In this document: one piece after another, positions 25,855 to 38,335 of the stretch
Layout of the letters: each line of letters begins with the position of its first letter
How positions within the stretch are numbered: the stretch's first letter is position 1
Origin: Oikopleura dioica
Taxonomy: Eukaryota > Animalia > Chordata
Assembly: GCA_907165135.1 (NCBI GenBank)
Contig: OU015567.1
Span: 9,424,001 to 9,488,000, forward strand
DNA: 64,000 nt
Direction of reading: 5' to 3'
The notes under the pieces: model-generated
Told to the model about the DNA's origin: nothing
Database searches by the model: none
What the model saw: the letters and a program-made list of their open reading frames with translations, nothing else
Program-made: the position numbers and the translations under genes

Positions 25855-28800
25855 CAATCAACCCAAACGGTGGGACGAGCTTCGGCTCCGACGTACCAAG
25901 GTATCTTTATATCTGATTTCTTTTTTCTTATATTTTTAGTTATTACCTCGACCCTTCTTTTGAACAGAGCATGCACTCGTCCAAATTTGACTTCAATAAT
26001 AACGCGTCGGTAAGACTCTCTTCCACAATTATTCTATTAAAAACATGGTTAAACAGTCGTCCAACGATGAGTCCCCACCAGTCTCAACTCGATTCAACAA
26101 TGGCTCGCCCGACTTGAAGTCGCTGCCTTCTTTCTATCCGGGAGACCATCCAATCTCCCCCGTCGGCCACCCATCTTCTCTATCAGTGGGATCGCATCAT
26201 CCTGATCGATTCTCTGGAGGCACAGCAACAACTCGGAATGAACAGTTTCCTCCTCCATTTCGCCCCGATATCGGCACTCATGGACGGGCTATAATGCTCA
26301 AGTCGAACTACTTCAAAGTCGATATCCCCAACTCTGACCTGCATCACTACGATATCGATATTAAACCCGACAAGTGCCCGCGCCGAGTAAATAGAGAGAT
26401 CGTGGAAATGATGGTTGAGAACTACAGGAACCAAATCTTTCAAGACAGACGGCCTGTCTTCGATGGAAGAAGGAACATGTACACAGCGCAGCCCTTGCCA
26501 ATCGACAAACAAAAAGTGGAGTTAGATATCAGTCTTCCTGGTGATGGAAGAGAAAGAGTTTTCAAAGTGTCAATCAAATGGGTAGCGAGGGTTTCGCTTT
26601 TCTCATTGCAACTAGCTTTGGGAGGCCAAATCCATGGGATTCCATTTGAGACAATTCAAGCACTGGATGTCGTCATGCGTCATTTGCCTTCGATGAGGTA
26701 CTCTCCTGTCGGAAGATCGTTTTTCTCAGCCCCTGCGAATGGGATCGGCAGATCCCTCGGTGGTGGGCGAGAAGTGTGGTTTGGTTTTCACCAGAGCATG
26801 CGCCCTAGTCAGTGGAAGATGATGCTCAACATTGACGTTTCTGCCACTGCTTTCTATCGCGCTCAATCGGTTGTTGATTTTCTCTGTGAGGTTCTTGAAA
26901 TCTCCAGGAATGAGCTGTACCACGCTGGGGGTCTCTCTGACTCCCATCGAGTCAAGTTTATGAAGGAAATCAAGGGGTTGAAGATCGAAATCACTCATTG
27001 CGGCTCTATGCGAAGAAAATACCGCGTCTGCAACGTCACTCGCCGGCCTGCTAGTCACCAGACATTTCCACTCGTGTTACCCGAGAACGAACAGACAATC
27101 GAATGCACCGTTGCACGTTACTTTCAAGAACGGCATAATTACACGCTAAAGTTCCCCTTTCTTCCATGTCTCCAAGTTGGTCAGGAGCAAAAGCACACTT
27201 ATCTTCCACTGGAAGTTTGCAACATTGTTCAAGGCCAACGGTGCATCAAAAAGCTGACTGACTCGCAGACATCAACGATGATAAAAGAAACCGCGCGCAC
27301 TGCGCCAGAGCGTGAGAGGGAAATCTCCAATCTTGTCAAGAAAGCAGGATTCAACAATGATCCATATGTTCGTGAGTTCGGAATACAAGTTATCGATGAG
27401 ATGACGGAAATACGAGGCCGCGTCCTTCCCCCGCCAAGACTCCAATATGGTGGAAATAATCGAAATAATATCCAAGCAACGCCAAACGGAGGAGTCTGGG
27501 ACATGAGAGGGAAACAGTTTCATACTGGAATCGAGGTCAATGTCTGGGCGATTGCGTGCTTCGCCCATCAAAAACAATGCGCGGAGCAAAAGTAATAATT
27601 TATCAGCTCTCACTTTTTAGTAAAGTTTTAGCTTGCGAATGTTCATTAAAAAGCTCCAGCAAATATCTGAAGACGCTGGAATGCCCATTCGATCTGGCCC
27701 CGTTTTCTGCCAATTCGCACAGGGTTCAGATCAAGTCGAGCCGATCATGAAGTTCTTGATGAATCGGTATCCCAATCTTCAACTGATCATGGTCGTCCTT
27801 CCCGGTCGAACACCCGTTTACGCTGAAGTCAAGCGTGTTGGCGATACGCTCCTTGGAATCGCTACCCAATGTGTTCAAGTAAAAAACGTGACTAAAGTCA
27901 CAACCCAGACGCTGTCCAATCTGTGCCTCAAGATCAACGTAAAACTAGGCGGCATCAACAACATCCTGGCTCCAAATGCGCGTCCACGAGTTTTCAACGA
28001 GCCCGTCATTTTCATAGGAGCTGATGTCACTCACCCACCTGCTGGAGGTAACGAATTAATCAAATAGGATGCTAAGTTTATTCAAAAAAGATCGTCGCAA
28101 ACCATCGATCGCTGCTGTTGTAGCGTCAATTGACGCGCATCCAAGCCGCTATTGCGCTTCTGTTCGAGTTCAACGCCACCGTCAAGAGTCCATCGAAGAC
28201 TTAGCGACCATGGTCAAAGATCTAATGCTCGAGTTTTATAAAGCGACGACTTACAAGCCCGTGAGAATTATTGTATACCGGTTAGGCTCGGCTTTTATTC
28301 AATTTTCTTGACAAAAACAATTCAGCGGAGGAGTCTCCGAGGGACAATTCCAAGCTGTTCTCACACGAGAGCTGAAAGCGATCAGAGAAGCGTGTGTCAA
28401 GCTAGAAGATAATTATCAGCCTGGAATCACTTACGTCGTTGTTCAAAAGCGCCATCATACTAGGTTATTAAATAAGCTATCGCTGATAAAGAAATTAAAA
28501 TGAGAATTTAGGCTCTTTTGCCGCCAGTCAAGCGACAAATGTGGAAAGAGTGGAAATATTCCAGGTTAGGAAGAGCATTAAACGCACAGCTAACTTATTA
28601 TTTCTTATAAAGCTGGAACTACAGTAGATATGGGAATTTGTCACCCAACAGAGTTCGACTTCTACCTTTGTTCCCACGCAGGAATTCAGGTTTGATCGAT
28701 TTTTTACTCAATCAAGGTGTGAAAATATTTCTAGGGAACATCAAGACCATCTCATTATCATGTTCTTTGGGACGACAATGAATTTTCAGCCGACGAGCTG

Positions 28801-29099
28801 CAAAATCTTACCTACCAGGTTTTCATTTCTCGTTGAAAAAAAAAAGATTATTTCTGTAGCTATGCCATACTTACGTCCGATGCACTCGATCTGTGTCTAT
28901 TCCGGCGCCGGCTTACTACGCGCATCTGGTGGCTTACCGCGCGCGCTATCACCTCGTCGACAAAGATTACGACTCTGGCGAGGGTTCCCTCATCTCCGGC
29001 ACCTCTTCTCGCGACGTGACCGACATCAGTCAATACCAATCGATGGCCAAAGCAATTCAAGTTCACCAAAACACGTTTGGCTCAATGTACTTTGCTTAA
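25855..29099 (+). CDS. Argonaute B (AGO clade), tandem paralog with DEGH tetrad, predicted non-slicing; true start uncertain
   Basis: Same domain set as Argonaute A, with an uninterrupted exon at 26057-27591. In-frame upstream exons lie at 25855-25900 and 25940-26009 (ATG at 25971), so the ORF-track start at 26045 is probably intronic. The spliced PIWI motif reads YRGGVSEG. Confidence 0.95.
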
Positions 29100-29982
29100 A
29101 GCATCCCTTCCCAAAAAAGAGTACCAACTCATGAAATTATATGCACAAATGTATCCTCCTTACGCAACCCTCTTTTCACAGTGATCTTTTGCCAGAAGAT
29201 AATTTCACCCAACCAACCAAGGGCTGTCTCTTGAGCTGTACTATCGTTACACAAAAAGTTCATTCTAGCCACTTAAAACCTAAACTCTATTATCAACAGA
29301 AAACGTCTCCCAAATGCTCCCCCCTACTTCGCCCATATACAAAAATGTGCTACTTCTGCTTTATTCTTATTTTTCCTTGACCTTTTTGGTTGCGCAAACC
29401 CCGCAAATGCGCGCTTCGAACTTGGAGTTTATTTTGAATAGTTCGGACGTGTGAAACACAGTCGGGTTTGTCGGATAATGCCCAGAACGGTGGCCATCTT
29501 GTGATGGATTCGCAAAATCGAGAGAATCAAAGAGTGCGATTCTGGCCTTATCCGACATGCTTTCTCTTTGTTGTCAGCTAACATCTCTAAATTTTAACCT
29601 TCTTTACTGTCATTGTGTGCAGTACAATATTCAGCAGTAGCATTATACATCTATTCAGTGTACTTTTCAATCGGTGTTTCTCGTTTTCAGCCTAGTTCTG
29701 CTATCAATCTAATCCCTCTTTTACCAATTTTTCTATCTTTACTAAACCAATGTCTTCTACTTCACCAACTTTACTTTCAGTTTTCTCCAGCTTACAGTAC
29801 TAATACGCTTTGCCTTCCTTTTCAACCCTTTTTCGTTGTCACTTCTATTATCAACAAGTGTTTCTCTTCCGGAGCTGATCCCCATTCATTATTTCTTTCA
29901 ACGTAGCTTCTCTTACTTCAGAAACTTATGTTTATGAAACGCTCGTTTTTAAGAATTTCCCTGACGTTTTCATAAAAAAGAA

Positions 29983-31688
29983 TGGATCCGGCGCTGGGAG
30001 CCGCGTCGCCCATGTCAGGTGGCAACAATCAGGCCCCCGGTTTAGCCGCCCTTCCGAAACGCGAAGAGATTCCTTCAAGTCGAAGTTCGATGGCCGATTC
30101 TGCCTCCGAAATGTCCGAAAGCGACACTGACGCAATGTCCTTATCAGGTAGCCTACTAGAACCTGCTCGCGAACCGGATTTTTAAGGCATTTCAGGATTC
30201 TCTGACTACAATCGCGGCTCGACAAGGCAAAGAACGATCATTGAGGAGCAATCTCAGCGGATAAATACGATGGCACAGGAGAATCGAGTGATGAAAATTG
30301 AAATCGACAAATACAAGATCCAAGTCGGAGCTCTCCAGGAAGAAATAAGAAGACTCCGACAAGCGTCCGTCAATATTCAAGCGCGCGCAGAGCAGGAGGA
30401 GGAATACATCTCCAACACGCTTTTGAAAAAGATTGAAGAGCTCAAAAAGGAAAAGGTAGATCAAAAAGCGCTCATTTTTATCTATGCTACATTTCTAGGA
30501 AACGCTAGCAAATTATTACGAGAAGGAAGAAGAATTCTTGACAAATCAGCTCAGCAAGAAACTTAACCACCTTCGACACGAAAAGTGCAATTTAGAGGTA
30601 TTTTCCTGAACCCTTTTTCCCTCTAAATTTGATTTTCAGAGAACCCTAGAACGCGAGCAAGAATATCAAGTCAATAAGCTCATGAAAAGAATCGAAAGAA
30701 TGGAGCGGGAAGCTCAAACGAAGCATACTTCCTTGGATCAGGTAAAACAAGGTAGAAAAAACTCAACGAATAAGATCTGTTTCAGCTTCGCCGAGAAAAA
30801 GTAGAGCTAGAAAATACTCTCGAGCGAGAGCAAGAAGCTCTAGTCAATCGGCTCTGGAAAAAGCTTGAGCGGCTTGAGACCGAGAAGAAGCACCTTCAAG
30901 CAAAGATTAATGAAAAGTAAGTCGTTCTGTTCTTACAGAGCTTACATAGTATTCAGGCATGCTTCCGGTACCCAAGTGGAGCAACCAAGCAGCAACCCCC
31001 GCCCAGTTGTAAAGAACGACAATTCAGAAAAAGTAGAATCACATGTAAAACACCTAAAACGAGAAGTCGACCGGCTACGCAAGCAGCTCTTTCAATCAAC
31101 CCACGAAAGTAAAGTTTCTTTTTATCGTTTCAAATAATTAATTTCTATTTAGGTTCTGCGCAAATGCGCTCGATGGAGACAGAAGAGAGGCAGCTCCGAG
31201 AGAAGAATATGCATCTTCAGAGAAAATTGCAACAAGAGATCGAGCGGCGCGAAGCACTCTCCCGTCATCTTTCTGAGTCTGAGTCCAGTCTCGAGTTGGA
31301 GGCTGATGAGCGGTAAGAAACAGCCGTTTTAGTACACCTTGTTTAACATTGCGAAATCCTAGTTATTTTCAAAACGACTTGGCGTACACTCGCGGTCGTC
31401 ACTCGCCTGGCCCGTACAGTTCCATCCACCCAGCCACAGTTTCTTCCGTTTCTTCAAGTTCATCCGGGTTTGTCCAGACATCAAGCTCGGCTTTCACGAC
31501 ACCGGTCAGTCCTTATCGAAGCAACAACCATCAAAACAACGCCATTCCACAGGTATTCCAATATGACAGCAGAAGACCCCTTTTTATTTGATTTCTAGCG
31601 ATCTTCCCGTTCTGTAACGACCCCGGACCGGTTTGTAAAGCCGAGTCCCCCACCAAGCCCAGGTCAACAACGCTTAAAAGACTACTAA
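29983..31688 (+). CDS. CCDC6: Coiled-coil domain-containing protein 6
   Basis: [66 protein letters not shown] and a C-terminal [10 protein letters not shown]. Confidence 0.93.
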
Positions 31689-32047
31689 TTAATCACACGT
31701 CATGAAACTTTCAAGAAGAAAACTGAACAACAGAAAACTACAGATAACGACCTTACTGTGCATCAAGAGACATCCTTTTTTACTTTTATCTTCTCCTAGG
31801 AAACTTCACCTAAACTACTGGTAGATAATTTCAATAAAATAAATGGACGTCAATAATAAACCAATGCCTTCAAGCGTGGAAAATTTTTCGTTTCACGATT
31901 GATGCTATCTTTGTGTCTCTTCCTCGTTTTATCTTCAAAAGCATCTAACAAACAACTAGCTTTTGGCCAGTTTTACGCAAAAACGGTCAGTCGAAATATT
32001 GCAAAACAGAAGTAAGAGCTTTATTTTTAAGAAAATTTTTGAAAGAT

Positions 32048-33459
32048 ATGAGACTGGAGGAATTTGACGTGAGGAAAAAGATATCCAAAGGAGCATTCGG
32101 TGATGGTATGACAACGGTTTTCATTAAAAATAAGAGAGGTTGATTTTTTTAAAGTTTACCTTGCGAAGCACAACGGACAGTACTATGCTCTGAAAGCAAT
32201 CGACAAGGACAACATCTACCGAAAGAATATGCTGAATGAGATTGTCGCTGAAAAAGACATTCTATCACAGTTGTCAGCGCCGTTTGTGGTCCAAATGACT
32301 TACTGTTTCCAGTCGACGAATTTGATCTACTTTGCCATGGAGTATTGCTGCGGTGGAGACTTACAGGGCCTTCTCAAAGGAGTTCAATATTTTGAAGAGC
32401 CAGAGGTATTTTATCTTTTTTTTTTATATAAAAAATAACGGAACTCAGGCCGTGTATTACATAACACAAATCGCAGTCGGACTACGTTTTCTCCACGAGC
32501 GCGGTATCATCCACCGCGATCTCAAACCAGCGAATATTCTGTTAACGGCAAACGGCACGGTCAAATTGTCTGATTTCGGTTTGGCGGCCAAGTCGACCCA
32601 ATACCGCAGGCGGAAAGTCTTTGGAACACCTGGTAATACCTCATCAGTTTTAGCATCTCACCAAACCGAAATTAGGACAAGTGAGATCTTTCAAACAGAG
32701 ACTCATTCTACGCGGAGTGTTACCAGAGAAAACACCAGCGCTGATCGGTAAAACAAGAACACAACATGCTGGCGGAGACGGGCCTCCTATCCCTTTGGAA
32801 ATGGGCTCGAGCGACGAAGAGGCAGACTCAAAGGATCCTTTTTCGGAAGACAACATGATTGTATCGAAAGAAGGAACGCCAAAAACACCTGTTTCCGCTG
32901 GCAGACGCTCCACCGGCGACAACATGAGCTCGACAACTCCCAGCAGACATATGCGTCGTCTGAGCTCCGCTACAAAGGTCGACATGTGCGAGTACACGCC
33001 TTCGAAGATGGTCGGTAGTCCAAACTACATGTCCCCGGAGCTAGTGCAGGATCATAAAGTTTGTTCGATGAGTGACTGCTGGTCACTTGGTGCTGTTTTA
33101 TTTGAGTTTTGTCTTGGCTTGCCTCCGTTTTACTCAGACACAGTTGATGAGGTAAGCTTTGCGTTTTCGTCTTATCTTTTATATAAATTTAGGTCTTTGA
33201 TAAAGTCAAAAAAGGCGATGTGGATTGGGAAGAGGCGAGCGAGTTCTTGAGCGAGCAGATGAAAAATCTTCTACAAAAGCTTCTACAACTGACGCCGAAC
33301 GATCGTCTCTCAGCGGGTGAAATTCTACAACATCCAGTCATCAATGAGTATTTTGGCGAGAGATCAACACTCGAAGAAACGATTCAAAAAGTCAAGGATG
33401 CTGAACCACCTGTAACGCCGGAATTAGACGACCCAGAGGATCTTTTGTACTTTCAATGA
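32048..33459 (+). CDS. MASTL: Greatwall/MASTL serine-threonine kinase
   Basis: AGC kinase with [31 protein letters not shown] and DFGL. An insertion containing the Greatwall-typical TPGQV lies between DFG and GSPNYMSPE. Confidence 0.82.
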
Positions 33460-33588
33460 TCTAAATTTAAGTGCACCTGAATTTCTTTACTATTCACATT
33501 CAATGGTACTTCCACATTCCTCTATCGTCACACTATCAACTTGCCTTCGTCTTCGAGTTTACTTAAAGCTTTATTTTTTAAGAAAATT

Positions 33589-35730
33589 ATGGAATCGGTA
33601 GTTGAACGGTGTAAGAGAGAGACACATAAGTTCAAGAAATTGTACGACTTCGAATCGGCATACTGGTGGGCAGAGAAATGGTTCTCCTCGTTATTGAGCG
33701 ATGATGAGACTTCTTCGAATGCCAAGAATTTGAACTTGTTTGATTCAAAATGGGTTAACTTTCCAAGTAAGGAAAATCATCCTTTCGTTTCGATAACTTT
33801 TTCCTAGACAATGTAATCGACTCGTCATTGATGGAGCCGCTGGAGGAAATGATCAGCTGTTTGATTCACAATTTTGAGTTCGCTCGAGCTGTTCATTTCA
33901 TCAAGACCAACGGGCTGCACATCAATTCCAAGACCTTCTTCTTGCTCCTTCTTCACTGCCAAGTGCAGCTTCGCGATTGGAATAACGCAGAACAAACTCT
34001 CATCGACTACGATGACAGACTGGTTGGCAAAGCTGATCTGACGAATCTGACAGCATCAGAAGATCCCCAGCAGGCCAGAATCGCCCATTTGAAAGGAGTG
34101 GTTTTCAACGCGCTAGAGAAACGAGAACTGGCAGTCGACGAGTTTAAATTCAGTGTCAAATCGGACGCAACGGCTGTTTCGAGCTTATTGACACTGGCGA
34201 ATAGAAAGATGATGCCGGAGAAAGAAGCTCAGTGTTTTATCGAAGACCTGTTTTCCGATCAGAAGGAAGGAGAGTTGAGAAATGTGTATGAAATGCATTT
34301 GACGCCGACCGAGTATACTCAGAAAGTAAATCAAAAAGAAAATCCACTATCGAATATGTGTTCTATAGGTATTTCTGATTGGTAAAATATTGTTTTCAAA
34401 AAATATTCAGAGAATCTGATTTGGCAAGTAGAAGATCAGATGTCAAAATTTAACAACGACACCGCTTTACGGTTAGTTTTCAAAAACCCTGATCTGATAA
34501 TATAAAATTGAAGGCTCTCTTCAAAACTTATGAAGATTGATCCTTACGACGAGCGAATTCTTCTCAATCACATAGGCCTGCTTGCAGAGTCAGACCAGTC
34601 CAATGAGCTGTATAAACTTGGGCATTTATTGATCGGACTTGATCCAGACAAATGGATCGGTTGGTATTGCGCGGGATGCTATTACATGGTCGTGAAGAAA
34701 CATATGAAAGCTATTGATATGCTTCGAAAGGCGCTGACAAAGGACCCGAATTTTGGGCATGCCTATCTAGCACTCGGGCATGTTTTCAGGTAGGAATATT
34801 AGTTCAAAGTCACTTCTATCATCATCTAGCGAGGAAAAAGAACATGATCAAGCGATGAACTCCTACCTCTCCGCCCAAAGAGTGATGAGGGGCTCGGCGT
34901 TGCCTGATTTATATGTGAGCGTGACCTACAGATCAATAGGAAATTATGAAGATGCACATTCATTCATCAAACAGGCCTACAATTGTGAGCCACAGAATCC
35001 ACTGGTGCTTCATGAATACGGAACGAATCTGATAAAGCTGGAAGATTATGAGGATGCGACCAAGTTTATGAATATGGCGCTGAATATTCTCATGCAGAAC
35101 GCTCGACGCAACCGACAAACTGAATGTAAAATCTGTTTCCTGAATCTTTTTATGAAATTTTTTAGTGTCTCCGAAATGGGCTCCATTGCTCTTTAACCTC
35201 GGCACTGCCTTACGCCACAAGGGAGATTTCAACGAAGCGATAGAACTGCATAAGCGAGCACTTATCCTCAGCTCCAATTCTGCCGAAGCGCATATCATTC
35301 TAGCCACCTCGCTCTTTGCCGATAATTTATTCGAGTCAGTCGAGCAGCTTCAAAACGCAATGACTTACAATCGCCAGGATTCATTTACGAACGATATTTT
35401 GACAAGAGTGATGAATGAACTTGGTAAAGAAGACCATTCGGTGCTGTTTGAAGATTCCAGTGATGAAGAAGACGAGCAAATAAAACCGCTTCCTTCGCAG
35501 CAGGATGTTCAGCAATTCGTAACTCCTCAAAATCGACCGAGACTGCAGGTAGAAAATAACTATCTTTGATTTAAAAAATTATGCGCTCCTAGTCGACTCC
35601 TCGAGAGTTCCAGTTCAATGTTGATGATTCATTCGATATGAGTATCGACGAAGATTCAAACATGGAGGATGGCGAGCGACTCGACAACTCCGGCGATTTA
35701 GACGCGTCTGACGATACATTGCCTCTTTAG
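33589..35730 (+). CDS. CDC16: Anaphase-promoting complex subunit 6 (CDC16)
   Basis: N-terminal ESAYWWAEKW, TPR array with DPYDERILLNHIGLL...NELYKLGHLL...GWYCAGCYY...LGHVFSEEKEHDQAMNSY...PQNPLVLHEYG, and an acidic tail. Confidence 0.9.
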
Positions 35731-35847
35731 AAGAAACAAAAATGAATACACTCACTGGCACATTTAACATGTTAAACACACATTTCCTTCAATTCAGTTC
35801 AAAAACTGCCAAAATACACTTTTTTACAATCTAAACTCACGAATTTT

Positions 35848-38269
35848 ATGCAGAACATGAACTTGTCGAGCAGTCGATTCGCAAAAACGCTTCTTTCTTA
35901 CAGACTTCAAAGAAGCCTTCATGTCATCTCGCAGTTTATTCCTCCTTCGAGCAGTGAAGTAACTAAATCGGATTTATACGTATCGACACAAGCAGATATA
36001 ACGAGGAGATATTTCGAAGCTTCTGGTAGAAAAGCGCAGTTGAAAATGTTCTCCATCGACGGAATTCCGGCCAGTTTCGCGGATCACATGAAAGAGCTGT
36101 GTATCGAGGGAGTCCCTGAAGAGCCCGCTTTGAATTTTGAAAAAGTTATCCGGTGCGCGCATTTAAAATGATAAAAAAGATTAATATTTTCCTAGTGTTT
36201 TTGATGACCTAAACCAAAAAGGCTTCATCAAAAGAAAGAAGAGGCTCCACTGGGTAGACTCTGGGAATCGTCGATTTACAAACCCCGTCAGTAAGAAATC
36301 CACGGCTCAAGTTCTCGATGGCCATGGCTGTCGCTTGCAAGTTTATCGATATAATTATTTTCTTCTGGACGGAGACGAAGCTATTCAAGTGTTGAATATC
36401 TTCCCAGAGGAGATGTTGACGGAAGGATTCTTGAAGATTCATTCGAAGAATGTAAAATGTGGGCATTTAATTGGAAGAACGCTCGTAAATCCAGCAGGGC
36501 GAGAGCTCCAACTGATTGCGGATGACTCGCTGGAGATAACTGGAGATCCCGTTTCTGTCAGAGATCCTAACTCAATCGAGGTAATTTTCTGCAAGGAACG
36601 ACTTGCTTTCACAATATTTTAAGCCATTCTGTCCTTATAAATCAACGATTTCCAATGAAGACTCGGATTTTTCGGGATGTCAAAGCGTGATTTCACCGAA
36701 TTTATTCAAGAACAAGGGTCAAAAGAAAATACGGAGTGGAAGTACCGTGCGTGTCCTGATTCGGGCGAATGTCTGCGTCCACAAATCGGTGACGCTGTTC
36801 TTTTGTCTTTCAACGAGTCAGTGCGGAATATCTCTCAGCCGGATGGATTTCTCAAGATTCCTAATTGCTCGAATCTCTTCTTTTCTGACGAGTTTATCTC
36901 CGCTTCTTGCATATACGACGGCAACGGGATTTTCTCGGCGGATCCAAAGGTGGTTGATCTTACTCGGATATTGAATTCTACAGAACGAGGAACACGTGAT
37001 CTTGCTGAATCTGATAAAACAAGAACAATTAAAGTGATCAACGACAACTTCGAAGTGCTCGAGGATCAGAAAGAAATCTGCAGATGGCTCATGTTTTCTG
37101 ACGTATCAAATAAATTCGATGAAATGGATTCGAACTATAAACCTATTGAACCAATCGAAAAACTAACAAAGCTGCAAAATCAAATCAGAAAAGTATGCAA
37201 GTTGATTGAGAAGATACATCAAAATCACGGAGAATGTAGCGCTGACTCTGCTCATTTGGGCGGACTCGACAAGTTGTTCATGGCAAGATTCGTTCAAATG
37301 GCTGACAATCTTCATAATTCTGTCGAGGAAAATAACTTTGATAACTTCACCAACGAATTAGCGAACTTCTGGTTCAAAAGCATTTCTTGGAGAAACAAGG
37401 GTTACAAAGACTACGCAATACCGCTGATGTCGAAACCAAACGATGCAAGTAGAGCAGTTTTCCATCAATTTGCTTCCGTCGTGGATAATTATTTGCGATT
37501 TTTACGTCTTATTCTTCCTTCTTTCGCTGACGAAATGCGAGCACATCTCCCGATGTCTGTTCGAAAAGATGATGAGTTGTTTCCAGTTGAGAAGGCGAAG
37601 ATGGTGCTCGAGCATTTGCCAGTTGATTACATCGAGGGATCGCATGAAATGGCACGGGCTGTGGTGTCGAGCGTTAATAACTTCGTGGTGCTCCTTGAGT
37701 CGGCCAATAAACTAGAAGGTGCGTAAGAGGAGATCTTTGTGCTTACTTATCCTGTTTAGTAAATATTTTGGAGTATGGAACTGCCATCGGTAGCGCAATC
37801 AACGAATTCCCCCAAATCATCTCGAAAGATGCGACCTGCAAAGTGAAGTATACAAAGCTCGCTGATCACATGTTCTTCGAAGATATGTTCTCACCTTATG
37901 ATGGATATTTGACATCGAATGAAGAGGCTTGTGGAAATGCGTTCTATCTAGTTATTAACATCTCTGGGATGGAATACCTTTTGCCAAGACAGCATAACTT
38001 GATCAAAAAGCTCAACAGAAATATAGAATATGCGGAGATGGATCTCAAAACTATAAGAAAAAGGATAGCGACACTTGAAGGAACCAAAAGAACAGGTATT
38101 TCATCACACTCTTACAAACGCTCATTGATTTTTAGAAACGAAAGCTTACAAAGACTGTATGAAAAAGCATCAAAAGATGATGTACGAGCAAGAAAAGTGG
38201 ATGATCAAGAAGACAAAAGTTCAACAGATCATAAACTGCATCGAAGATTCATCCTTTGCTGAGCCATAA
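35848..38269 (+). CDS. Degenerate valyl-tRNA synthetase-like protein (probable mitochondrial VARS2 derivative) lacking catalytic motifs; one apparent -1 frameshift near 36670
   Basis: Colinear with ValRS: IPP...ADITRRYFEASG; VIRVFDDLNQKGFIKRKKRLHWV; HLIGRTLVNPAGRELQLIADD; CPDSGE; an anticodon-domain-like segment (DKLFMARF...LANFW...YLRFLRLILPSFADEMRAHLP); and a C-terminal coiled coil. HIGH and KMSKS are absent. It could be a pseudogene. Confidence 0.75.
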
Positions 38270-38320
38270 GACGGCAACGAAAAACTGTACATGTGACTCT
38301 TCCTTGATTTCAAAATTCTT

Positions 38321-38329
38321 TCATTTCAG
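38321..38329 (+). promoter_or_regulatory. Probable trans-splice acceptor of EIF2B5 in an operon
   Basis: tcatttcag lies 6 nt before the ATG and only about 60 nt after the upstream stop codon. No donor is evident between the two genes. Confidence 0.55.
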
Positions 38330-38335
38330 ACCAAG

